From Candidatus Brocadiia bacterium (GTDB taxonomy: Bacteria; Planctomycetota; Brocadiia; CAIUPP01), in contig JBEKCB010000005.1 of NCBI GenBank assembly GCA_050015075.1, positions 64,001-128,000 on the forward strand: DNA of 64,000 nucleotides, in the 5' to 3' direction. Positions 38,777 through 47,963 of the stretch are shown in pieces. Below the pieces are notes generated by a model. The model ran no database searches. It was not told the origin of the DNA and saw only the letters and a program-made list of their open reading frames with translations. Each line of letters starts with the position of its first letter. The stretch's first letter is position 1. The position numbers and the translations under genes are program-made.

Positions 38777-39758
38777 ACAAAAGATCCGAAATCAGGATTC
38801 CCAACAGGGTCAAAAGCGCGCCGATCGTGAACAGCGCCATCATCAACGGATAGTCGCGGCTGGTGAGCGCCAGGATCGAGAGGCTTCCCATGCCGTTGAT
38901 CGAGAAGATGTACTCGACGATGATGGACCCGCCGATCAGGCCGGGCAGCAGCCCGGCGAACAGCGTGACGAGCGGGAGCAGGCTGTTGCGGAACACGTGT
39001 TTGAGGATCACCTGCCACTCCGGCAGGCCCTTCGCGCGGGCGGTGCGGATATAGTCCTGGCTGACGATCTCCAGGATGCCCACGCGCGCGTAGCGCGAGA
39101 GCCCGGCCAGGCTGGCATAGCTCAGGCACACGACCGGCAGCACGTAGTGCCGCGCGGTCTCGGCCAGGATGCGCCAGTAGCTCACGCCCCAGGTGAGGTA
39201 GCTGTCCGGCGACAGGCCGGCGACGGGGAAGATGTTCAGGAACCGGTCGCCGCAGAAGAACACCAGCATCAGCAGCCCGACCCAGAACGTCGGGAGCGAA
39301 TAGAGCAGGAACAGGGCCACGGTCATGCCGCGCTCGCTGGGCGTATTGCGCCGCACGGCGGAATAGATGCCCATCGGAATCGCGCAGGCGTAAACCAGGA
39401 TGATGGAGAGCGTCTCCAGTTTCAGCGTGGCCGGCAGGCGCTCGGCGATGATGCCGAGCACCGGCGCGCCCCGATCCACGACGAGGGAGTCGCCCCAGTC
39501 GAATCGCGTCACGATGCCCCAAATCCAGTAGCCGTAGCCGACGATCGGGTTTCGGTCGAGGTGGTACTTCTCGCGCAGGATCTTTTCGCCCAGGCTTTCT
39601 CTTTTGGAAGCGCGCTGGACGCCGGCCTCCTCGCCGCCGAGCTGCTGCGCGCGGATCGGGTCGCCCGGCGCCACCCGCATCATCGTGTACGAGACGACGG
39701 TGATCACCAGGAGGGTGATGGCCATGAAGAGAAGCCGTTTGAGGATGTAGTTGCGCAC
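38742..39758 (-). CDS. oppB: ABC transporter permease (OppB-like)
   Basis: YILKRL, PGDP, RLPAT, DYIRTARAKGL, RDYP. Confidence 0.92.
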   Translation of the reverse strand: MRNYILKRLLFMAITLLVITVVSYTMMRVAPGDPIRAQQLGGEEAGVQRASKRESLGEKILREKYHLDRNPIVGYGYWIWGIVTRFDWGDSLVVDRGAPVLGIIAERLPATLKLETLSIILVYACAIPMGIYSAVRRNTPSERGMTVALFLLYSLPTFWVGLLMLVFFCGDRFLNIFPVAGLSPDSYLTWGVSYWRILAETARHYVLPVVCLSYASLAGLSRYARVGILEIVSQDYIRTARAKGLPEWQVILKHVFRNSLLPLVTLFAGLLPGLIGGSIIVEYIFSINGMGSLSILALTSRDYPLMMALFTIGALLTLLGILISDLLYAVVDPRITYE

Positions 39759-39759
39759 G

Positions 39760-41610
39760 TCACTCCTTGTACTTCTGCATATTCAGCGGCACCCAGAAAG
39801 TGTCCGGGTACATGTCGTTCATGGGCTGCCACACCTTGGCGTTGTGGAAGCGCTTGTCCTGCGCTATGAGCGCATCGGGCGAAATCAGGAACGTGTACGG
39901 CTGCTCCTCGTGCAGCAGGCGGTGGAGGCGATGGTACAGCTCCGTCCGCTTCGCCACGTCGAACTCGCGGCGGGCTTCCTCGATGATGCGGTCCGCCTCG
40001 GGGTTCTTGAACCCGACGAAATTGGAGCCTCTCGGCAGGTCGGCCTGCGAGGAATGCCAGATCTGATACGGGTCGTCCGCCCAGTCGAGCTGCCAGCCGA
40101 GCTGGCAGACGTCGAAGTTGCGCTCGTCCAGGCGTTGCGTGTAGACGGACCACTCGACCGGGTTGATGGTCACGATAAGGCCGGCCTTGGCGAAGTCGTT
40201 GCGCACGATGGCGGCGATTTGCTCGCCGATCTTGCTGCTGGAGACGGTCATGTAGGTGAACTCGAACTTCTGCCCGTCCTTGCGGAGCACGCCGTCGCCG
40301 ACGGTGTCCTTCCAGCCGGCCTCGGCCAGCAGCGCTTTGGCTTTGTCCACGTCGAAGGGCCACGGCTTGATGCTCTGGTCGTAGGAAGAGCTGTCAATGT
40401 AGAACGGCCCCGAGACGATCTTCCCCAGGTCGTGGTAGACCTCCTTGAGGATGCGGTCGCGGTTGACCAGGTGCGTCAACGCCAGGCGCACGTTCTTATC
40501 CTTGAAGAGGTCGCGCCGCAGGTTATAGCCGATGAAGTTGAACGCGCGGGCCGGGTACTGGAACTTGTCGAACTTGTCGTTGAAAGCCTTGTCTTTAATC
40601 TGGTCCACCCATTGTTCCGGCTGCAGGTTCATGCGGTCAATCTCGCCGTTGCGGAGCGCCTGGAGACTGGCGGTGGGCTCGCGGATGATCTTATACATCT
40701 GCCGCAGCAGGTAAGGCTTCGGCGCGTAGTAGGCCTCGTTGCGGCGGAAGGTGAATTCTTTCCCCTTCTCCCACGACTCGAAGATCCACGGCCCGCAGCC
40801 CACGATCATCCGGTTGCGTTCGGCGTTGTCCGTGAAGTCATCGGGGTTGGCCGGGTCGAACTGATAGAAGTGCCGCGGCAGCGGGTTGAGCCCGAGCGTA
40901 AGCTCCTCCGATTTCCAGTAGCGGCGCTTCCAGATCACCTGGAACGTGTACCGGTCTATGACGCGGAGGTCCTGAAGGTCCTCGAAGTAATTGCGCATAA
41001 AATCGCACGGGATTTTCGGGTTCATGATGAGGTCCACGTAAAACTTGAAATCGTCGGCGGTGACCTCCTGGTTCTCGTACCTCTTGTGGGTCGTCGGGTC
41101 GGTGAAATCGTGCCACAGCACGCCTTTTCGCAGGTGGATGGTATAGGTCAGTTTGTCGTCGGAAATCTCCCACTTTTCCGCCAATTTCGGCTCGAAAACG
41201 TCTGGATTGATATAGCAGCGTTCGGCCAAAGTGTCGGTGCACATGCCCCAGAACGAGCCTACGGTCGCCTCATTGTTGATGATCGGGTTCAGGTTGCCGC
41301 TTTCCGCCATCATGGAGGTGACGAGCGCGTCGCCCTCGACCGCGTTCGGGTCGCGCAGTTCCATGTTGGCGAACTTCGGCAAGGATTTCTCCGCGCCGGT
41401 TCCGGCGGAAGCCCCGGGCTTGAACCCGCCGCCGGCGAGGTCTTCGCGCAGGCGCGAGAGCTCCGAATTCATGGCCTCGACTTCCGTGACCAGGTTCTCC
41501 GCGCGCTTGCGAAAGACGTCCACCGCCCCGATCACCAGGTAGAACCCCAGGAACAGGATGAGCGCGATGACCACCAGCATCACGTTGGTGAAAACGGATT
41601 TTCCACCCAT
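39760..41610 (-). CDS. oppA: Family-5 substrate-binding protein with N-terminal TM anchor and coiled coil
   Basis: LAEKWEIS, LRKGVLWHD, VTADD, VGCGPW, VRLAL, AKALLAEAGW. Confidence 0.9.
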   Translation of the reverse strand: MGGKSVFTNVMLVVIALILFLGFYLVIGAVDVFRKRAENLVTEVEAMNSELSRLREDLAGGGFKPGASAGTGAEKSLPKFANMELRDPNAVEGDALVTSMMAESGNLNPIINNEATVGSFWGMCTDTLAERCYINPDVFEPKLAEKWEISDDKLTYTIHLRKGVLWHDFTDPTTHKRYENQEVTADDFKFYVDLIMNPKIPCDFMRNYFEDLQDLRVIDRYTFQVIWKRRYWKSEELTLGLNPLPRHFYQFDPANPDDFTDNAERNRMIVGCGPWIFESWEKGKEFTFRRNEAYYAPKPYLLRQMYKIIREPTASLQALRNGEIDRMNLQPEQWVDQIKDKAFNDKFDKFQYPARAFNFIGYNLRRDLFKDKNVRLALTHLVNRDRILKEVYHDLGKIVSGPFYIDSSSYDQSIKPWPFDVDKAKALLAEAGWKDTVGDGVLRKDGQKFEFTYMTVSSSKIGEQIAAIVRNDFAKAGLIVTINPVEWSVYTQRLDERNFDVCQLGWQLDWADDPYQIWHSSQADLPRGSNFVGFKNPEADRIIEEARREFDVAKRTELYHRLHRLLHEEQPYTFLISPDALIAQDKRFHNAKVWQPMNDMYPDTFWVPLNMQKYKE

Positions 41611-41671
41611 GATTCGCTCCCCAGATCGTGGAACGACGAGGCGAAATCGGCGCGGCCGGCATTGACGCCTG

Positions 41672-41700
41672 AGCGTACGCTATCACCCAACGGCTGTCAA
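41672..41700 (-). promoter_or_regulatory. Putative opp operon promoter
   Basis: TTGACA-N17-TACGCT on the minus strand. Confidence 0.6.
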
Positions 41701-41741
41701 GCACCGCCGCGCGCAAGACGCCGAGAACAACAAAGGAACGG

Positions 41742-41856
41742 TTGCCACGGATTTCACGGATTCCCACGGATTAACGGAAGACAAAGATGACAGCCGTTCC
41801 AGCCTCGCCGTTCGTAGCCAGTAATCCGTGGCCATCCGTGAAATCCGTGGCAAAAA
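41742..41856. mobile_element. MITE-like palindromic element, copy 2
   Basis: Ungapped 115-bp match to 35372-35486 (about 16 mismatches by hand count, mostly central). Confidence 0.7.
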
Positions 41857-41876
41857 TCGTTGTCGTTGTACTTTCG

Positions 41877-42203
41877 TTAATTGCCGTGCGCGGATTCCAG
41901 GAAGGCCTTGATCACGCGCTCGATGATCGGTGCGATTTTCTCGCGCTTGTCCGCGCCGAGCTTGGTCAGGCTGGCGCGCGTGCGCGCCTCGAAGTCCCGA
42001 AAAATCTGCTGGCGCCGCTTCTCCAGCTCGCGCTCGATTTGCTCGCGCGGAAGGTTGTAATCGCGCTCGAGCTCATCGCCGAGCGCCTTCAGCTTTCGCT
42101 CCACCTCCACACGCAGCTCCACCGCCTGCAGCCGCGCACGCTCGATCACCTCGTCCGAGCGTTTTTCCAGATCCGCGATGCTCTCGAAAATGTCCTCGTC
42201 CAT
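41877..42203 (-). CDS. Small charged coiled-coil protein, resembling an A/V-type ATPase G/H stator subunit
   Basis: GGAGGAG SD, TTGACA-N16-TACACT upstream; all-helical E/R/K-rich sequence. Function is a guess. Confidence 0.6.
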   Translation of the reverse strand: MDEDIFESIADLEKRSDEVIERARLQAVELRVEVERKLKALGDELERDYNLPREQIERELEKRRQQIFRDFEARTRASLTKLGADKREKIAPIIERVIKAFLESAHGN

Positions 42204-42309
42204 GCCGCCGCTCCTCCAAGCCCGTCGGGCGCACCCGACACAGTGTAGTCACCTTTTAGAACTTGTCAAGCGCCCGCAGACGAGCCAGCTCTATCGCCAG
42301 AGATCTTCC

Positions 42310-42344
42310 TGGATATTGGAAACTGGACTTTGGAAATTGCCGAA
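42310..42344. repeat. 7-bp-periodic half element
   Basis: TGGATAT TGGAAAC TGGACTT TGGAAAT. Confidence 0.55.
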
Positions 42345-42462
42345 TGCCCTTGCCGTGGCGCGCCCGCATTGCCAGCATGGCTCCCGACCGCGATTTGACT
42401 TCGATTCGGATTCCCTCGTATAAGGATGCTGCGCGCGATCCTTCGGCCCGAGGAATTCGACC

Positions 42463-44040
42463 ATGAACGGTATTCTGCTTACGGGCGGCACATTGATTGA
42501 CGGCCGGCGCCGTGCCGCGCTGACAAAATGTGACCTGCTCATCGAGGGCGACCGCGTCCGCCGCATCGCCCCGGCGATCCGCGCGCCCGGCGCGCGCGTG
42601 CTCGCGGCGCAGGGGCTGATCGTCGCGCCGGGATTCATTGACGCGCACTCGCACAGCGATCTCTCCGCGCTCCAGGATTCCTCCGCGCAGGGCCGGGTCT
42701 ACGACGGCGTGACTACGGAGGTCAACGGCACCTGCGGCTTCACGCTCTTCCCGCTCGGAGGGCCTTCAGCGGCGCAGCGGAGGGCCGAGATGGCGAAGAA
42801 AAAGGTGCGCGCGGACTGGCGCGACGCAGCCGGCTATTTCGCGCGGGTCGAGTCCTACGGCAGCGCCATCAACCGCGGCTTCCTCGCCGGGCATGGCGCC
42901 ATCCGTTCGGCCGTGGTCGGATACGCCGGGCGCGCGGCGAGCGCGCCGCAGGTCCGCCGGATGGAGGCGCTGCTCGACGAGTGCCTCGAGCAGGGCGCGC
43001 TCGGTTTCAGCAGCGGGCTGTGCTACCCGCCGGGCTGCTTCGCCGAGCCGCGCGAACTGGTGGCCCTCTGCAGCCGTCTGGCCGCCGCGCGCCGCCCCTA
43101 CTGCACGCACATGCGCAGCGAGGGCCGCCACCTGCTCCAATCCGTTCGCGAATCGCTCCGCGTCACGGGCGCCGCCGGCGCCCCGCTGCACATCAGCCAT
43201 CTCAAGACCAACGGGCCGGCGAACTGGTGGAAGATCGGCCGCCTCGAACGTGCCCTCTTCGCCGCGCGCGCCGCCGGCCGCGACGTGACCTGCGACCGCT
43301 ATCCGTACCTGGCGGCGCAGACCGACCTCTCGACGATCTTCCCGGACTGGCTCGCCGACGGCGGCCGGGAACGCGCGCTCGAGCGGCTGCGGAGCGCGGC
43401 CACGAGGGCGCGGTTGAAGAAGGCCGTCGCCGGCACCCGCACCAAGGGCGGCCGCTGGGAGACGATCGTGATCTCCGTCGCGACCGAATCCACGCGCGAG
43501 TTCGAAGGGCTCACCGTCGCCGAGGCAGCGCGCCGGATGGGCCTGGAGCCGTGCGAGGCGGTCTTCGAACTTCTCCTGCGCACCAAGATGGCCGTCAGCG
43601 CCATCTTCTTCGGTATGTCCGAGGACAACCTGCGCCGCATCCTGAAATGGCCGTTCGTGTTCATGGGTTCCGATTCCTCCTCGCGCAGCCTCACCGGTCC
43701 GACCGCCGAGGGCAAACCGCATCCGCGGAGCTTCGGCACGATGGCGCGGTTCCTCAGCGAGTACGCGCTGCGCCTGAAGCTCATGCCGCTGCCGGAGGCC
43801 GTCGCGCGGATCACCAGCCTGCCGGCGGAGCGCTTCCATCTGGCCGACCGCGGCGTTCTGCGCGAAGGCGCGTATGCGGACATCGCCGTCTTCGACGCGC
43901 GGACCCTTCGCGACGCGGCCACCTATGACGCGCCGTTCCGTCTTTCGCAGGGCGTGCGGCACCTGCTGGTGAACGGCACGCCGGTGCTGCTCGACGGCCG
44001 CCAGACGAGCGCCCGGCCGGGCCGCGTCCTCCGCGCGTGA
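42463..44040 (+). CDS. N-acyl-D-amino-acid deacylase (amidohydrolase)
   Basis: APGFIDAHSHSD, GVTTE, THMRSE, HISHLK, YPY, GSD, PHPRSFGT. Confidence 0.92.
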   Translation: MNGILLTGGTLIDGRRRAALTKCDLLIEGDRVRRIAPAIRAPGARVLAAQGLIVAPGFIDAHSHSDLSALQDSSAQGRVYDGVTTEVNGTCGFTLFPLGGPSAAQRRAEMAKKKVRADWRDAAGYFARVESYGSAINRGFLAGHGAIRSAVVGYAGRAASAPQVRRMEALLDECLEQGALGFSSGLCYPPGCFAEPRELVALCSRLAAARRPYCTHMRSEGRHLLQSVRESLRVTGAAGAPLHISHLKTNGPANWWKIGRLERALFAARAAGRDVTCDRYPYLAAQTDLSTIFPDWLADGGRERALERLRSAATRARLKKAVAGTRTKGGRWETIVISVATESTREFEGLTVAEAARRMGLEPCEAVFELLLRTKMAVSAIFFGMSEDNLRRILKWPFVFMGSDSSSRSLTGPTAEGKPHPRSFGTMARFLSEYALRLKLMPLPEAVARITSLPAERFHLADRGVLREGAYADIAVFDARTLRDAATYDAPFRLSQGVRHLLVNGTPVLLDGRQTSARPGRVLRA

Positions 44041-44112
44041 ACGCGGCGTCGTCGCTTGACAAAATTCGGCGGATGGCGGAAAGTGTAAGCAGTCCCTAAG
44101 CGAGCGAGGAAG

Positions 44113-45021
44113 ATGCCTCTCAGGTACATCGGGCCGACCATTGCGATCGCCGTGAACCTGCCGCTGGCGGTCTGGGCGCTGATCAAACAGCCGCGCAACC
44201 CGGAGTACCGCCTGTTCGCGCTCTTCGGGATCAGCCTGGCGATCTGGAACCTCGGCGGCGAGGTCTTCCATCACGGCGGCGCGGAGAGCATCTGGCAGCG
44301 CCTGTCCTTCTTCGGCATGGCGCTGGCCCCGGCGAACTTCCTCTGCCTGGCGCTGGTCGCGCGCGGGCCGGCGCCGGACGCGGCGGGCGGTTCAGGGCCG
44401 CGCGGCGGGTACTGGCACCTGCTGCTCTACCTGCCGATGGTCGTCCTGGGCCTGGCGCTGAACCCGGCGGTGATCGTGCAGAAGGCGCTCTCACATTCCT
44501 GGCTCAGCGGCTTTTACGTGATGAGCGCGCCGGAGACGCTGGTGTTCGGGGCGGTGACGGCGAGCTACCTGGTTGCGGCGCTGTGGATTTCCTGGCGCGC
44601 CGGGCGCGGCGCCGCGGAGGACGAGGACTGGCCGTTCTACATGGTGGAGCTGCCCTTCGCGGCGGGCACGCTCGTCGTGCTCGCAGTGGCCTATCTCCAC
44701 TCCGAGAAATCTCCGACCGTGTCGCTCTGGGCCATGGCCATGTCGCAGTTCGCCATGTTCATGATGATCCGCCACGGGCTCGTCCGCTTCGAGTTGAGCC
44801 TCAAGCGCGGCGTGACGCTGGCCTTCATGGCCGGCATCCTCGCCGCCTGCGTGCTGCTCGGCCTCGCGCTCATCAGCGTTTTCTTCGGCCGAACGTTCAG
44901 CCCCGAGATGAGCCTGATCCTCGTCGTCTGCGCCGTGGCGCTGTGCGTGCTTTATGCCGCGCTCGTGCCGCGGCTCGAGGAGTTCTTCGACGCCATCTTC
45001 CATCGCCATCGAAACCACTAA
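44113..45021 (+). CDS. Polytopic membrane protein resembling a histidine-kinase N-terminal 7TM sensor, with no kinase domain
   Basis: About 9 hydrophobic helices; PRN.EYRLFALF..SLAIWNLG; MIRHGL..FEL.LKR near the end. Confidence 0.65.
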   Translation: MPLRYIGPTIAIAVNLPLAVWALIKQPRNPEYRLFALFGISLAIWNLGGEVFHHGGAESIWQRLSFFGMALAPANFLCLALVARGPAPDAAGGSGPRGGYWHLLLYLPMVVLGLALNPAVIVQKALSHSWLSGFYVMSAPETLVFGAVTASYLVAALWISWRAGRGAAEDEDWPFYMVELPFAAGTLVVLAVAYLHSEKSPTVSLWAMAMSQFAMFMMIRHGLVRFELSLKRGVTLAFMAGILAACVLLGLALISVFFGRTFSPEMSLILVVCAVALCVLYAALVPRLEEFFDAIFHRHRNH

Positions 45022-45022
45022 A

Positions 45023-45703
45023 ATGCCGATTCCCGATCGCCGACTTGTCCGCCGAAGCCTTGGCGAAGGCGGATTGCCGAGTGTGCGACGAACGAACGCG
45101 GCGCGGCTCCCGTGCGCCGCGGTCCTGGGCGCGGTACTGTTCTGCCTGGCCTCGCTCTCGTTCGCCGGGCCGATCGTGACCATTGAGCTGAAGGACGGGC
45201 GGAAGCTGGATGCCGACATCCAGTGGTTCTTCGAGGGACGGTTCGTCGTCCGCGACATGAATTCCGACGAGACGGTCGAGCTGGAAGCTTCCAGCATCAA
45301 GGCCATTGACTTCGGCGAGACCCACCGGGAGAGCGGCCCCGCCCGGCCGCTGACCCTCGCGGAGATCCGGCTGCAGGCCGAGAAGCATCGCTTTCCCACG
45401 CTCCTGAGGAGCTTCATCAACCTGACCGCGGCGCGGCTGAAAGAGCTGGACACCGAAATCCGCCAGGAACTCGACAAGCCCGGCCTGTCGGCGGACGACA
45501 GACGCGACCTGGGGCTCGCGCGCGTGCTGTCGCTCTGGGCCATGGGCCAGGAGGACAACGCGCGAGGACTCCTCGCGAAAATCCGCGCCGACCATCCCAC
45601 CGATCAGGTCGTGAAGCGGTTCGACGTCCAGATGCGCAGTGTCAAGGAGTGGGTGGCCGAGCCGCCTCTGCCGCCCCTGCCGCTCCCGGAAAAGAAACCG
45701 TAA
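45023..45703 (+). CDS. Hypothetical exported protein
   Basis: Hydrophobic signal ending SLSFA, then VTIELKDGRKL; true start may be GTG 45083, after the REP. Confidence 0.65.
   Translation: MPIPDRRLVRRSLGEGGLPSVRRTNAARLPCAAVLGAVLFCLASLSFAGPIVTIELKDGRKLDADIQWFFEGRFVVRDMNSDETVELEASSIKAIDFGETHRESGPARPLTLAEIRLQAEKHRFPTLLRSFINLTAARLKELDTEIRQELDKPGLSADDRRDLGLARVLSLWAMGQEDNARGLLAKIRADHPTDQVVKRFDVQMRSVKEWVAEPPLPPLPLPEKKP
45044..45073. repeat. REP-like palindrome (30 bp)
   Basis: CTTGTCCGCCGAAGCCTTGGCGAAGGCGGA; same outer arms as 54445-54489. Confidence 0.7.
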
Positions 45704-45705
45704 CG

Positions 45706-46596
45706 ATGCCCACCGACCCGAATCCCGGCCGCAGCCGCCCGCGCGTGTTGAGCATCGCCGGATCCGATTCCTCCGGCGGAGCGGGAATTCAAGCCGATAT
45801 CAAGGTCATCACCTGCCTGGGCGGCTACGCGATGACCGCCGTGACGGCGGTCACCGCGCAGGACACGCGGCAGGTCGCGGGCATCCACGTGGTGCCGCCG
45901 GAGTTCGTCGCACAGCAGATCGAGCTGTGCATCGCCGACATCGGCCTCGACGCCGCCAAGACCGGCATGCTCTCCGGCGCGCCGACCGTCCGCGCCGTGG
46001 CGGAAGTCCTGCGCCGACACCGCGTTGCCCATCTCGTCGTGGACCCGGTGATATTCAGCACCAGCGGACGCCGCCTTCTCGACGAGCCGGGCGAGGCCGC
46101 GCTGCTCCGGGAAATCCTGCCGCTGTGCGAGGTGGTGACGCCGAACCTCGCCGAGGCGTCGCGGCTGGCCGGGATGGAGGTCGCCGATCTTTCCGCGATG
46201 CGCCGCGCCGCCGAGGCCATCGCCCGCCTGGGCCCGCGCGCGGTCTGGATCAAAGGGGGACACCTCGCCGGCGCGCCGACCGACGTGCTATACGACGGCA
46301 GGGACTTCCTGGAGCTTCCTTCGGAACGCGTCGAGACGAAGGACACGCATGGCGCCGGCTGCGCGCTCTCCGCGGCGCTCGCCACCGAGCTGGCGCGCGG
46401 GCGGGAGGTGCACGACGCCGCCCGCCGCGCGAAGCAGTTCATCACCGAAGCGCTGCGCAATTCCCTGCGCCTCGGAAAAGGCCGCGGCCCGACCGACCCC
46501 CTCGCCGCAGCGCAGGCTTTGAGCCGGAGTGCCGCGATCGCCCTGTCCGAGACCGTGAACCGGTCCAGGAACAAGGGGCGGGAAGCCCCTAGTTGA
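45706..46596 (+). CDS. thiD: Hydroxymethylpyrimidine/phosphomethylpyrimidine kinase
   Basis: IAGSDSSGGAGIQADIK, KTGML, VDPV, TPNLAEA, KGGH, THGAGC. Confidence 0.95.
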   Translation: MPTDPNPGRSRPRVLSIAGSDSSGGAGIQADIKVITCLGGYAMTAVTAVTAQDTRQVAGIHVVPPEFVAQQIELCIADIGLDAAKTGMLSGAPTVRAVAEVLRRHRVAHLVVDPVIFSTSGRRLLDEPGEAALLREILPLCEVVTPNLAEASRLAGMEVADLSAMRRAAEAIARLGPRAVWIKGGHLAGAPTDVLYDGRDFLELPSERVETKDTHGAGCALSAALATELARGREVHDAARRAKQFITEALRNSLRLGKGRGPTDPLAAAQALSRSAAIALSETVNRSRNKGREAPS

Positions 46597-46987
46597 CGGC
46601 GTTGCCGGAAACCTGGGTGTCCTTGTACCAGAAAAGCAAGACGGGCGCGATCCATGAGCTGAACCTCTGGGAGGTGAGGTTCAAGGTATGCGTGGCGCCG
46701 AGTTCCTTGCTCTTGCGGGTTACCATATCCGCCACGGCATCCACGTTCACGGTGTCCTTCAGAAATGCCAGTTGGGTTCCTTCCGTGGTCGTGTCGCCGG
46801 TCACCAACGGTATGATGGAAAGGAAGTAAATGCCCCAGCAGTCGCCGTTGATGTGCGCAATAGGGGTGTAGCGTTGCTCCGTGAGACGCTGATCGTTGAA
46901 CGTCTTCGCGACATCCACGGACGCGCAGCCGACCATGAAAACCGTCCCCGCGACCAAGGCCCCGACCATTCCTGGAATGCGCCCCAT
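46589..46987 (-). CDS. Hypothetical lipoprotein
   Basis: FMVGC lipobox; GGAGAGGGAG SD; terminal VSGNAV. Confidence 0.7.
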   Translation of the reverse strand: MGRIPGMVGALVAGTVFMVGCASVDVAKTFNDQRLTEQRYTPIAHINGDCWGIYFLSIIPLVTGDTTTEGTQLAFLKDTVNVDAVADMVTRKSKELGATHTLNLTSQRFSSWIAPVLLFWYKDTQVSGNAVN

Positions 46988-47150
46988 GCTCCCTCTCCTT
47001 CCTCAACCCCAAGCCCCAGATGCCCAGCGGTTCACGACAGCCGTGAACCTTCCTACCGACTATTGTACCTCGCCCGGATGCCAAAACAAGCCAAAAATGG
47101 CCGCGCGAACCGGTCTTCTCCGGGAGCCATGGAGGCGGAAATCCGGGGTT

Positions 47151-47193
47151 AAAATAAAACGGCCTGCGACCCCGCCATCGGGATCGCAGGCCG
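47151..47193 (-). terminator. rpmB intrinsic terminator
   Basis: CGGCCTGCGATCCC-loop-GGGGTCGCAGGCCG followed by TTTTATTTT on the minus strand. Confidence 0.8.
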
Positions 47194-47210
47194 CAGGATT
47201 CCGTCGCGGC

Positions 47211-47441
47211 TCAGCCGGCCTTGACGACTTTCCCGCTCCGCAGGCACTTGGCGCAGACGCGCACGCGCCGCACGCCGCCGGAGGTGGTGGCCTTCACGAC
47301 CTGCAGGTTGGGCAGGAACCTCCGCTTCGTATGGCCGGTCGTCTTCCGGCCCACGCCGCCCTTGCTCTTCGCGAGGCCGCGCCGCGTGAACTGGTAACCG
47401 CTGTGCGGCGCCTTGCCGCAAATCTGGCATCGGTTCGCCAT
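47211..47441 (-). CDS. rpmB: 50S ribosomal protein L28 (Cys-containing form)
   Basis: CQICGK, TKRRFLPNLQ, VCAKCLRSG. Confidence 0.95.
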   Translation of the reverse strand: MANRCQICGKAPHSGYQFTRRGLAKSKGGVGRKTTGHTKRRFLPNLQVVKATTSGGVRRVRVCAKCLRSGKVVKAG

Positions 47442-47605
47442 GTTATTCGCTCCTCATTGGACGCTTTCACACTGTGGGTTCGGCTTGACGCGTATTCGAG
47501 ACGATTACTATAGCAGATTCTGCGGGAAATTTGCAAGGTCGCACTTGCTTTTTCCGCGTCATCGGGATACGCTGCAGGTCTCCGCTTTTTCTAAAGGAAC
47601 CGACA

Positions 47606-47959
47606 ATGATCTACAGGCGCGAAGAGTTCTTCGAGGAGCAGCCGGAAGACCAGAAGTTCCCCGTCAGGCAGGTCGAGCAGGTCACCTCGCTCGACGGCTC
47701 GGTGAAGAAGTTCGTCGGGCGCGTGACCCTCGGCATCCAGACGCCGATGGGAGTGACGAGCCTGCCGGTCACTTTCGAGATCGAGGCCGCGTCCGTCCAG
47801 GAGGCGTTCGCGAAGTTCTCGCAGCGCGCCGAGACGGAGGTCGAGGCCGCCAAGGCCGAGCTTCAAGATGAACTGACGGAGATGCGCCGCCGCAGCCAGA
47901 GCCGCATCGTCACGCCCGGCGACCTGCCCCCGACGGACCTCGGCAAGCTGAAGCTCTAA
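47606..47959 (+). CDS. Conserved-looking hypothetical protein
   Basis: AAGGA SD, strong GC3 codon bias, LPVTFEIEA..VQEAF, SRIVTP. Confidence 0.75.
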   Translation: MIYRREEFFEEQPEDQKFPVRQVEQVTSLDGSVKKFVGRVTLGIQTPMGVTSLPVTFEIEAASVQEAFAKFSQRAETEVEAAKAELQDELTEMRRRSQSRIVTPGDLPPTDLGKLKL

Positions 47960-47963
47960 GCTC

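Noticed and set aside
35369-41856. CACGGAT repeats as a CRISPR array
   Set aside because: Units are 9-10 bp without unique spacers, there are only two dispersed copies, and no cas genes
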